DNA of 59,268 nt, counting the filler, from Sphacelaria rigidula (lineage: Eukaryota): assembly GCA_964200075.2 (NCBI GenBank). It is 4 parts of 4 records of this genome, joined end to end, with 100 filler letters (N's around TTAATTAATTAA, not from the genome) between each part and the next. Parts side by side here need not be neighbours in the genome. Positions count along the whole stretch, not along the records: positions 44,529 to 59,268 come from CAXNAA020002071.1; 3 more parts are not named here. One strand, written 5' to 3'. The notes beneath the pieces were generated by a model. It saw nothing but the letters and a program-made list of their open reading frames with translations. It made no database searches and was not told the origin of the DNA. Of the stretch, positions 45,096 through 56,600 are shown piece after piece; position 1 is the stretch's first letter; the number at the start of each line of letters is the position of its first letter. A program made the position numbers and the translations under genes.

Positions 45096-48000
45096 CTGAA
45101 TAGGGCTCGAGTGAGGGGTGTTGATTTGGATCGCGGTAGGAGCATGTGGAGGTAGGTACTTCACTTCAACAAGTCAAAAGTTAGGTTATGTGTGTGTATT
45201 TTCTCGAGTGCCGGTAGGTAGGACAGCATGCCTCCGATGAACGTGTGTGGAAGGGGAGGGAGGGTTGGAAGCTGCAGATCATTCCATGGGATCACGTATT
45301 GTTGTCCGTAGACACACTCCGAAGAAGCATTCCGACTATAACGGCCGAGAAAACCAAGCGCTCCGTTTCGTCGGCGTTGTACATGTGTGTAACTCCTAGT
45401 TAGAATAAATCCATCACACCTATTATCTGCAATCATCTCGAAGTAGATTCTTGTCAGCGAAACAACGGTTGCAGAGGTACCAATGCCTCTGCCGATGACT
45501 TTCACGGGGGTCAAAGTTTGAAAATTGCTCATGTTCGACTAACTTTGGTATTTTTTGCAAGCAACTTCCTACCCGAAATTTGCAAAACACACAGTAGAGA
45601 GTATAACGTTCCCTCTCTGCTTACCCCTACGACCATGCGTACCAACCTCTTCGGCAGCCTCCCTGGCAGCTCTAAAGTCGCCGTACATTGCTCCCGCTGA
45701 TTTTGTGGTGTCCGCAGTATCTCTGTCGTTTTCTACCATCGCCCCCTGCACAGCCCATGCAAGAGCGGCCCGCAGCAAAGTTGTCGCCTGCCCACCGATT
45801 CTCACTGATCTGAAGTTACACAAACACGCATCCACACGCACGGCGGACATGCGGTGGGGTGGTGAACTACACAGAGCCAAGTTGAATATTTATATTATAC
45901 AACGGAATGACATCGGATGGCGAGCTGCAACCACCGGTGTGAGTACCACCTTCCGTGTACGAAGTGACATCTTCACCCTCCCTTTTTTCTTCTTCTTCGA
46001 TGTGACCAAGCGTCGCAATTTCGCACGCAAAAGAAAGTATCACGTCTGAACATAAGTGCCACCTGAGCCGCGAAGATAGTAACAGCATCCAAGCATCCAA
46101 GCTACAAACACACGCTTGTCAACCGTATTGGGGCGTGCGAGGGAAAATACGCGATCCAAGAGTTGAAGGCGGCTTGCACTCTCCGTTGAATGATCTGATC
46201 TTTCGCAACATAGGATATATCATCGCTTGTGTTGGCTGATGGGTTGGCTCCTCACGAATGTCAAGTTACACATACGGATCGCAGGTGGGGGGAATGTGCG
46301 TTAATAGTAGTATTGCACGAATGATGAACGGGATTACGTACGTCCCGAGTTTTGCCGCAGAAACAACAGGCGCAAAACATGTACGTTCAATTCATGCTGT
46401 ATGGATGACAGCTGGAGAAACTTTAGGCTGGATTCATGTCGTGTGAATGACAGGTGGGCAATACGTACGTGTGGTGTATGCCATGTGAATTGTATTTGAG
46501 GGACATGTACACCGGATCCAAGGCGTGTGAGTAGCAGGTCGCGGGAAAATACCCACAATTCAAACCGTATGAGTGATGGTAACGAAAAACGAAAGCTCGA
46601 CTCATGCCGTGTGAATGACATGCGGGGAAAACGTACGTGTGGTTCATGCCACATGGATGATATATAGGAACAACATGACGTATGAAAAACAGGTAGGAAA
46701 AACCTACGTGTGATTTATGCCGTATGAAAAGCAATTAGGAACACGAACCATATGATTCATGCCGTGTAAATGACAGGCCGGAAAGATCTACATATGATTC
46801 ATGCCGTATGAACGGTAGGTGGGAGATATGCCCATATGATTCATGTTGTATGAATGGCAGGTCGAGAAAAATTACGTTTGGTTCATGACACATATACAGC
46901 ACGAGTGGGAAATGAAAACGAACCCCTAATTTTGAAATATTGTGCTGTTCATTCATGGAACCAGAGATGTCACTTTACGCATGCACTGACTCCCTCTAAC
47001 TCACGCCCAGAATCAAACGTATTAAATAGTACGATACCGACTTTCATTTAGAAGTTCACACCTCAAACAATACATATATGTACATGTATCATTTCACATT
47101 TTTCACCACTTTTGCCGAGTGTTCTCTGACTGCAAGGGATCTTAGCCCGCGCTTTCTTTTGCAGTGCACGAAGAAGGGTCAGCGGTACATTACAGTTCAG
47201 GTTTGGGTGTCATCTGATACCTGTGGCGGGTGTTCTTGCCATCGAAAGTCGCCCACACTGGCTCTTTTTCGCGGGGTGTCGATCCCAAACCACGTAAACC
47301 TTTCCAAGATCGTCGAAAACTTCAAACAAGAGCCACAAAAGGCCGCTCATGGCGGGGTATTTTTTTACCGGTATTTTCTTTGCGTTCTCGATGATTTGGG
47401 AACACGAAGACAGTGGCTATGCAGCGAATGTCACGAGAACATGAGAGGAAAGCAATTGAAAACAGCTGGACATGGCCTTGACTTAGTCAGCAGCAAACAT
47501 AAGTCGAATGATCTGAGATTCCTTATCATTTAGTTTTGACGTGAAGCCTCTAACACGGCCATATCTGCGTAGTATGTGACCCAATTATGCGAACGTAACA
47601 ATCCACAAAAAAAAGCATCGCGAAGAACACTGAAGAATGTGTAGATTGGTATTAGAGGACGGGGTCACAGTCACAGCTGCAGCAGGGGAAGTCGCTGATG
47701 GCCCGGTATGCATTGATACGGTGGATATCCACGGTGCGTGGCATTTTGTTTTTTTTTACACCCTGCTGCCTGATGACGGCTAGATGAGTGGGTAAAGTGA
47801 TAGTTGATCACGCAGGCTGCGACAGATCCCGCCGGCCTCATCATCAATGTTCGCCAAGTTATGAACGAACGCTCGAAGAAACCCAGCAAAATAAGCATCG
47901 TTTGTGGTCCACTATATATGTGAGGGTTGGGAGCTGAACATTTCCGCTTGAAAAATCTCGACAGTCGAAGATTAAGCTCCTGTCGCGCGACCAGTGGGTA

Positions 48001-50230
48001 GTGCTGCGGACCCTTGCCGGCGTACCTGGCACTGGGGGCGACATCCCGGTACAGACAGTCCCAACACTACCGGGACGGCCGTGCACAGGCCGGCAGCCGG
48101 AATGGCCGTTGCACTGGTGTTCTCCTAGCGTTGATAACTTAGAGTACGGCCGCACAGGCTTTGCACGCGAATATTTCGGTGATTGGCTCACTTCCACTTC
48201 GGCCATGTGCTGTGGATTATTTGGTTATTTCACGATCTCACCGCCTGATATGTATGGAAATGTATCACGCCCTAGACAAGAGCTTTCTACAGTCAGTATA
48301 CAATTTCGAAACATCTACTGTGCACAGTATAGAAGCTATTGCCTTCTGCGACGTGTACAATACTCGTACAAAAGTGGGAACTGCGCGCAGTATGACTTCA
48401 AGATAGAGTAGAAATCTCCACGCGGTATGAATTGTTACAGCCGGCTTGCGCGCCATACGGCTGTGTTACCATCCGTTCAAGATACAAGCAGGAATTACAG
48501 CGGCAGAGGTGGTCTATTACTCTTGCGTGCGCCACCCAGGGCAAATGCACACTTAGCTGCAACTCCGACCGCTGTACTAGATGTGGCAGAGCGAGGGGTG
48601 GTGCACAACGTACACACAGACAGCAAGAAATATCATATATATAATGTATATAAGTGTGAATTGAAATCCGTGCGCGCGGATCGGGCCGGTATTTAGAGAA
48701 CCCTGCACAAGTTCGCCGTGTACTACCGGGACGCGACCTTACTTCAGTAGCAATCACTTGCGATGTGTGCTGTGACGCGTCCCGTGCGTGATGGCGTTTT
48801 TTCCACCTCCGCACACCGCCTGTGAAGCAAGCTCTTCATGCTGTAAGCGCCCACCGCTCTTCCCGCCACTCTTGGTCTGAGACATTCGAAACTGCGAAAT
48901 GTGACAGAACGAGTATCTACTGGAAGGTACATATTCTCCCACACAATTGCCTCCATAATACGAAAAAGGAATAATACTGGTATATTTTCGACTTGCGTCA
49001 CCCCCGGGAGGCCAGTATCAACCTCCCGAAGGGAAACCTTGTACATTGTATGATTTTGCTCCGTCGAATACTCTATTTTCAGCGCCAAAAGGAATAATTA
49101 AATGCCCATCAGATGGAGCTGGAAGCTGACACTCACCCACCCCCGCGAATATTCGTCTCGTGCACGAGTAACAGCTACTTTTGACGCACCACCATATATT
49201 TCTACAACGTGGGGAACAGCAGAACATACAGACACCCGCCTTGACCGCCCGTTGCTCCCATGTGAAGGTTCACTCACCTGCTTAGCCGGTAGCACAGCCT
49301 TGTGAACGTACGTTCAATCAAGTGTTACAGAATTTCCTGTTGCTCCCACAACGCCCCCAGGGGCGGGGCGGGGGCATGTGTTCCTGGGGGGAAAGATGAA
49401 AGCCCCCTCGTCAAAGATGTGAAACATGTCTCAGAAGAAACCATCGTAGGTCATGTAAGGTAAAAAGCGACCTTACGCTTCGATGCTAGTTCACGCACAC
49501 TGTCACCTTCATCCGCGGTATGTGTTCCCGGCTGAAGCTAGGCACTGCACCTTGCAAGGGCGGAGGTGAATCCATTCCCCGACAGCTGGAGAGGGTTTGA
49601 CCGGTCGCCGTCGGCTGAAGGGGGCATCATCAATCCTGCTCTTGACCTGCAAAGCTGGGAACCAAACACACAATAATTGTGAGCGAAGTAGCGGGCAGAG
49701 CATGCGACATACAGGCGGTAGCGGCCAAAACGTGATAACCGATGGCGGCCGTGGTCCGCCGACTCTGCAACTGTAGCGCTTATCTTCGATGTCGGTAGAT
49801 CGAAGCATGAACGACTTGAATGAAATGCCCTCAATTCCCATGTCTCGCGGAGCATTTCTTGCCCATTAATAGTACGTAAACTCCTCCCGTGGTCTCATGA
49901 CAGCGTAAGAGCAAGGACGGTATCGATTTCCCCAACCTCTCAACCACGCGCCCCGCCGCTGCCGCCTTGAAAAGGGTTCCACGGCGTGCTTCCTTGCACA
50001 CATCCAGCTACTACGGCACAGGGTTTTGGGCTACGGGGAAGAGTCGTCGGTTTGTCCCACCTCCACGACCACACTTTGCGGTTGTACGGCGCTCAACACA
50101 CGGCGTACATCGGCGGCGCTTGCGTCTGAGACGTGGCTGGTGCCCAAGATGTATAGCTCCAGAGGCTCCGTGTAACCGTCGGTTCTTCTATCGGTGTAAT
50201 CTTGAGGTCGTTTGGCCAGTTGCAAGGACC
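44889..50230 (-). CDS. Partial TraB/PrgY-family (TraB domain) protein gene, 4 internal exons; 5' exon not identified and 3' exons outside the contig
   Basis: Exons 50230-50061, 49654-49551, 45809-45647 and 45095-44889 splice in phase, giving YILGTSHVS..SAADVRRVLSAVQPQSVVVELCRSRAG...GDFRAAREAAEEAGAQIVLGDRPVEITLRRAW. These are the TraB signature motifs. Confidence 0.9.
45647..45809 (-). CDS. TraB-family exon 3
   Basis: cag|(R)SVRIGGQATTLLRAALAW...YGDFRAAREAAEE|gttggt. Confidence 0.88.
46347..46900. repeat. Degenerate tandem array, 42-bp period, about 14 units, in a TraB intron
   Basis: Core GATTCATGCCGTRTGAATGA recurs at 46389, 46431, 46473, 46515, 46557, 46599, 46641, (46670), 46712, 46754, 46796, 46838 and 46880. 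Confidence 0.85.
47240..47360 (+). repeat. Dispersed repeat shared with 32158-32280 (opposite strand)
   Basis: cgaaagtcgcccacactggctctttttcgcggggtgtcgatccc is identical in both, followed by diverged similarity to tcatggcggg. Confidence 0.8.
48085..48570 (+). repeat. Dispersed repeat, diverged copy of 35530-36050
   Basis: Collinear shared blocks, as listed for 35530-36050. Confidence 0.7.
49551..49654 (-). CDS. TraB-family exon 2
   Basis: cag|LCRSRAGLMMPPSADGDRSNPLQLSGNGFTSALA(R)|gtgcag. Confidence 0.88.
50061..50230 (-). CDS. TraB-family first exon seen
   Basis: tag|(G)SLQLAKRPQDYTDRRTDGYTEPLELYILGTSHVSDASAADVRRVLSAVQPQSVVVE|gtggga. Confidence 0.88.
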
Positions 50231-50312
50231 CTAAGTTTGCATTCGGCCGCGAACAAACAGAAAATGGGCGAACATGAAGGATGGGAACGTACGACATACT
50301 GACTGTTCTTAT

Positions 50313-51521
50313 TAATGTTTGCGTCCCCGCTGCTAATCAATCGAATCAATTCTGCAGGACGGCTGGATGAGTGTTCCTTCCCGAACAGTATGGCCCCCAG
50401 ATTGCTGAGTCGGTATCTACTTTTGCGCCACTGCGTTCTGTATGATCTCCTTAGTACCTCAAGACCTGACAGGGACCCGTCAGGGTTTTTCTCGGGACAA
50501 GCCGAGGCATATTCGCCCAAGGGAAAAAATAATCGAGCAATAGAACATTCTCGAGTGGTGTGGGGGTCAAGGACGCAAAAGAGAGGATCACCGCAGCGAA
50601 GGACACGGGTAAGTGGCATCTTGGAGTCGAGAAATGGACGGAAGACTTCGACGAGGCGTGGCGGCTCGAAGACAAACCCCAACCGGACATTCGCCACAAA
50701 CGAGAAGCTGGTTCATCGAGAGCCGCCAATCAGAGAGCTGGCACTGCTGACGCAACAACAGTAGCTCGCGGTGAATTCCGGATGACAATGGTTGAGAGAG
50801 TGTCCCGCTTCATACCCGACTAGGGAGGAGTGGGGAAAGCAGGGCTAGCACGTAATCTGATGTACCCCTGTGTTCTCTCATCGGCTGTTGACTTTTTCCT
50901 CGGCCTATGGTCTTGCGGTGTCCCCTGGTTGTGCTTTTGTACATGCTCTGCTGTATCCTTGGATTTCATCGCTTCCGTGTCGCCCTGCTCATCTTTTCCC
51001 TTTTCTTCTCTCGTTTCTTTACTCTTAGTGCTATACAGTAGCAGCTTGGTGCCTTGGCTTCCGTACCGCTTATGGGTGAGAGCCCATGCCCAAATAGTCC
51101 GGTTCGAAATAGCTGAGCCGTGATCTGCTCCCTGGTCTTCTCGTTTAGCTTGTGTATGAGCACGTGTGCTTTTCATTCGTTTCTTATTCTTTTGCGCACG
51201 GCCTTCTTTACCTGAAGCCGTGCTGCAAGGGTCGGTCTTTTGCAGTTTTATTTCGTTAAAAAAGAACGTGCTAGGTAGTCTCCGTCCCGTTATTTCTTGT
51301 TTTTCTGCTTGGTTTTGATACTATTCTGATCTTATGCTTATTCTCGCCTTTTTGTTCTCCTGGTCACTCCGCCAGTTTGCTACATCATCTTGTTTTTGCA
51401 CGGGTCTTTCTCCAGCGAGAGTTTCCATTTCGTTTACCTTGGGCACGCCTGTCTTGTGGATAATGATCATGGCCTGTTCTCTGAGTGATCACTCAACGTG
51501 CGACAATCGATCGATCGATTC
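50313..51521 (+). mobile_element. 5'-truncated RTE-like LINE (ORF C-terminus, 3' UTR, short tandem tail)
   Basis: TAAKDTGKWHLGVEK..EDFDEAWR is homologous to TAAKNMGKWHIGVEK..EEFEDTWR at about 57450-57530. It ends gtgcgacaatcgatcgatcgat, like gtgcgacaaccaatcaatc at 57960. Confidence 0.8.
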
Positions 51522-53626
51522 ACCACTCAGATACAACGAGGACCCGTGGCTTCGAAGCATACGTTTGATAACAGTAACCAGACGAACAAAGCAGCGTGGC
51601 CCGATTTGGCCGACAAGGCCTTGCTCAGTTGCGACATAAACCCGTATACGCTTGAGACTGCAAACAACCGCTTCGACTCGAATTATACCGAAAATTGTCA
51701 CCTTCCAATTTTGAAGTCTTGCGCAAAAACAGAGAACGAATCCGCACATACACACAGGCACACAAAAGGAATGCTGCAGGTTGCTGTGTGCACGATGTAA
51801 AGCTGCGCGCAGTGCTCGGCGCCGCGTGCTTTTTTTCCGCAGTGCGGTGTCGAACGTTGATATGTAGACAATGCCGTCAGTACTGTAGTACATAGAGTAG
51901 TGTCTTTCTGGAAACTGGGAGATAAAGTCGGCACATTGGCGTGCAAAGGCACGCAATACAATGTCCGACGTCAACGGCAGCACAATGGAGGTGTTCCCGT
52001 TTTCGACGATGCTGAGAAAACCAGCTTTCAGCGTTCCGGAGTACGGCAAAAAAATCAAGAGAAACGTTTCGAAATGAACTTTCTTCGTATTCTGATCGTT
52101 TTCACCACAAGGTAATCTGCAACAAATAACCTGAAATTCTACACACGGAAGGGTATGAGTGGTTCTACTGTGGGGGTGCACAATTGTTTTCTGGAGGCTC
52201 TGCACTTTGAAATACTCAGCTCCCGCCCCGAGGACTCCATTTGTTCGGGTCTCTATTTTCAACTTATTGGACGTAAAGGTCAGGAAGTGGCGGGCTCAAC
52301 TGCCTCCTGTCGTCTCTTGTTTTTTTCTTGTAAAATGAAATAAGTGAATGACTGTGAGAAAAAAATTACAGAAGAACGCCCTAGCTGATTGTGAACGATG
52401 TCTTATCTGGTCTGCCATTCATCTCCAGATAATTCACACTTCGCGTTTCAGAGTATGATATATTTTCAACCAAACTGTTCCGAGATTATATTCTTTCCCA
52501 GCTTCACCGTTTTTGACCCGGGTCAGTTCGAGTCTTGTTGAAATTTTGCAAACGTGCGCGGAGGGGTGGTACCAAGGTCGTATCTCAAACATGTAATTGA
52601 TCTCCATTTGCAAGTGACTTGGCGTTGAGGTATTTCGATATGGCTTCGCTCACTCTTTTTCGGAAGAAGCGAAAAATTGAGACCCCAATCAAAGAAAGAA
52701 AGATACATCATTATGGTGCTTCCGAACATGTGCGCAAAAACTCAGTCAAAACTCGAAAGTGAAATCGAGAAAAAAATATATGTTAAGAAACAGGGGGGAA
52801 ACTGCCCGTTTTTGATAACGTGATCGTTTGTTATTAAAAATGCAACTTTGATTAAAACCAAAAGCTGCGAGCTCCGGAAAACGCAAAGCGGCTCTGGAAC
52901 GGTCTCAAAAAGTAGAGCAAGTCATTCCAAGGTGTCAGTACCTGATCGACTGTGACAAGGGGATCCCTTGAGATACTTGTGGAATTTGTCCCTTCTGTGC
53001 GGTGGTCCCCACATCACCCCCCCTTTTCATGAACCTCTTGAAGGTTTCGTAAGAACAACCTTTTATGCCGGCTACCGGTTGGATTTTTTTCCTTTTGATT
53101 CACACATCTTCTACGTGCGTTGGGTCACCCAACCAACATCCACCGCAGGAGATTTTCCGTGAGTTTTGGGGTCTGCTTCAGAGGGTATCTGCCATTATTT
53201 CTTGGCTCCCACCATTTTGGTGGGATCCGGGATTTGAAGCCAGGATCTTCTGTTCGTGAAGCGCACGAGCTATCTCACTGGTGTCGCCAATGTGAAAAGG
53301 TGATTCCTTGACGGACCCTTGTGGGAATTTGTCTATTCGATGTGGTGGTTGCCACATGACTCCCTCTCCGGGCGTAAAACGACGGAGAAGAGCAGAAACG
53401 GCACTATTCAACAAGATTTTTTCTTAGCACACGAGAATTGACCACTTATTACATGAGAAGTAACCACCTATTACATATCGAAAAAAAAACGTTTTGTGAT
53501 AATCGATCAAACACTCGCTTCTAATATGATCAGAAAACGCGTTTTTTTTATCAGGCTTTTCAGATAACGTTTTTCATCACCCGAAATGATCAGAAATCAG
53601 ATTCTATGATACTTCTATCCTTTCTG

Positions 53627-56600
53627 CCCGACCGCCACCCGTCTGGGGTTGGTTGTGTCGGGGTAGGCTAACCTTATTGACAACACAACGAATACGTAAG
53701 GGAGAGGGTAAGTTGACCTACTGGCTTGCCTGCAATTCGCGTCAGTGGTGATGCACCTCGCAGTCTAGGTAGTGATTCATGCAGATAGTGCTGACGTCCA
53801 GGCTCAATCCTGCAGCTTCGGAGTTTTACCCTAGAATAGGAGCGAAATTGTACCCCGCAGCTGCAGCTTTTTACCCGGCGTTGAGACACTGTCACGGAAA
53901 GCCCGTTGATGGAGATGAGGCACGTATGAGTAAGTATCAGAACCGGCGGACTGGATATAGCGGCCGACGCGGGATGGGAAGGCTGCACCCTTCCCGCGAG
54001 ACCAACAAGCAAGGTGAGTACCGTGATAGACGTGCGAAAGAAGAATCGGAGCATCAAAAAACTCGCCCGTAAAATTAGGAGGCGAAACAGACCAAGAAGG
54101 AGAGCAGAGAAAAATGAAAGACGCGTGAATATAGAGAAGGCTAAAGCTGGGTCGCATAGTGGGGAGCTCAAAGTGGCTTCCTATAACGTTCGTACACTGC
54201 CCCTCACGGGAAAGAACGGAGTTGGCCATACTAAGGTGGTCCTGCAAAAATTTCAGGCAGTCGGATGTGACGTCATCGGACTAAGGGAAACGAGGAGACC
54301 AGGTCAAACCGATTTTTGTGCGGCGAGATATCGTGCCTTTTGTTGCGTGTCAGAGGCGGGCAAGGAAAGGGCTGGTCAATACTTCCTCTGTCACATAAGT
54401 TAGGACCGAATTTTTCACAGACGTCCTTCACGGTCTCTGATGCCGTTTTCGTTTCTTTTATTGATTTCCTTGGCGTTTTTTTAGTTGACTACAATGTTTT
54501 TCTTCAATTCGCATCACTCCAGGTGGAGTAGCGGCCAGAACAAAAGACGTCGGCCCAAAAAAGGCCGTTTCTTACCCCTTTTCCACGAACAAAAAAGTGC
54601 CGAAAAAGGGAAAAAAACATGGGGAAAAAAATAATCGTTAATCATCCTCTTCATCACTCGTGCTTGATACCAGATAGTTCCAAGCCTTTGTGAAGGCCTC
54701 CTTGTAGTACTTGACTGTCCTTTCCAACGTTCCTGCCCTCTGCCGCGCGGATACCCCGGTGTGCTCTACACTAAAGTCGTTATCTCGAAATGTAGCCGAA
54801 ATTGGCCAATTTGGGGGACTTTTTGGGCCAAATCATTTTATTCTTTATTGCATCAGTTAGCTGTGAAATATATCTTTCCGATGAAACTAATTATAGCATC
54901 GTAGGCGCCTCCGTTGAAACGTTACGATCTGCGCCGAAATTCGGTCCTAACTTATGTGACAGAGGAAGTATGGGGTTATATTGGCGGTCAAGGAGTCGAT
55001 CATCAGCAAGACGATGTGGGCTCAGGCACTCGTCAGCGAACACCTCATGTCGATGACTTTCAACTAGCGGATAAATCAAATGCTGCTACGTTTGTAGGTG
55101 CATCTGCCCCTACAGACACTCCACAGTCGAAAGTAAAGAGAGATGTGTTCTGGACTGAGTTCGACGGCACTGTGAACCGTGTCCCCCAAAAACATCACCT
55201 GTTTACTTTTTAATGGACGCTAACGCGAAGACTGGAGTACGAACAGGCGAGGAGGAACGAAAAATTGTAGGATCATACGGCCGGGACTCCCGATCCAACG
55301 ACAGTAACGGCATATATCTGATACAATTTGCAGGCGACAACAGGCTTTCCTTGGTCAACACGTTCTTTTCCACCTCCCAAGGGGAACACCTCGCGTACGT
55401 TCAACGGTGTTGCGATTCGCCGCGCGAACAAGAACTGCGTTGACTACATCCTCACACGGCAAGATTACCGCAGGCTTGTTCGCAATGTCACCGTGCACCC
55501 TCAACCCCCAACTCGCCGGACTCTGACTACAACACCATGTGCGCCTCAGTGCGGCTGCTTGGTCACTTCGCACATAACAGGCCTAGACGAATCTCAATTG
55601 GGCGTACACCGATCGACAGACGGGGAATAGTATCTGACCCCGACAGACGTGAGCAGCTCACCCAGCTCATCATCAGCGAGCTCAAACAGAGTATATCTTG
55701 TGATACAGTTAGTTCACTGGCTAAAAACTTTGCCGACGTACTCTTGAGCGCCGTTGAAAAGGTGGTACCCCGTCTGACCCGAAAACCACGTATACCGGGG
55801 TGGTTTGAGAATGCTGAAATCAGGACGGAATTCGAACAGGCCTGGATGAACAGGGAAATGGCGAGATCAACGGTGAGACTTGGATCATCTCGGGATAAAG
55901 TCGCATGGCGCACATTGCGAACAGCATGCAAAAAGGTCAAAGAGATGATCCAAGTTGGGGGGGACAAATACATGGATGTGTATGCTATAGAAATAGAGGA
56001 GTATACTCGAGCGGGGGACATGAGAGGATGGTACAGACATCTCAACGGAGGGTGGAGAATGTCTGGATGATCAATCGAGAGTAAGCAGTACATTCGAGAT
56101 GAGGACGGCAATATACTGCGGAACAGAGGCTTGATCAGTGGGTGATGGGAATGGTACTTCTCTACATTTGCCGAACGCCATATCGGCAACTATCGACCGG
56201 ACCGTCATCGAGCAGATTGCACAACAACCAATATCACCGTCACTAGGGGACCCACCAAGCCCAAGTGAAAGTGGGAGGCTCTGAGAGGTATGTCGAACGG
56301 GAAAGCAACCGGTCCGGATGATATTCCTGCTGAAATCCTGAAGCTTGGACTGCATGGGGAGGCGGCGGAGATTCTGTACCACTTCCACAGCATCGTCTCT
56401 ACGGTTTTGATATCTGTCGAGATGCCGCAGGAATGGAAAGACGTCACTATCAAAGTGCTGCACAAAAACAAAATAGGACTCAGTGTAGTCACTACAGGGG
56501 CATTTCACTTGCGGCACATACTGCTAAACTACTCAAAATCGTAGCCATAGACTCGGAAATTTTCGTGAGAAAACAGATGTCTTCCTGGAAGAGCAGTGTG

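Noticed and set aside
46347..46900. CRISPR array
   Set aside because: The repeats are degenerate, the variable halves are related to each other and short, there are no cas genes, and the context is a eukaryotic intron.
51489..52262. 257-aa minus-strand ORF as the TraB first exon or a separate gene
   Set aside because: No ATG start, no recognisable domain, and no phase-compatible donor to the 50230 exon found.
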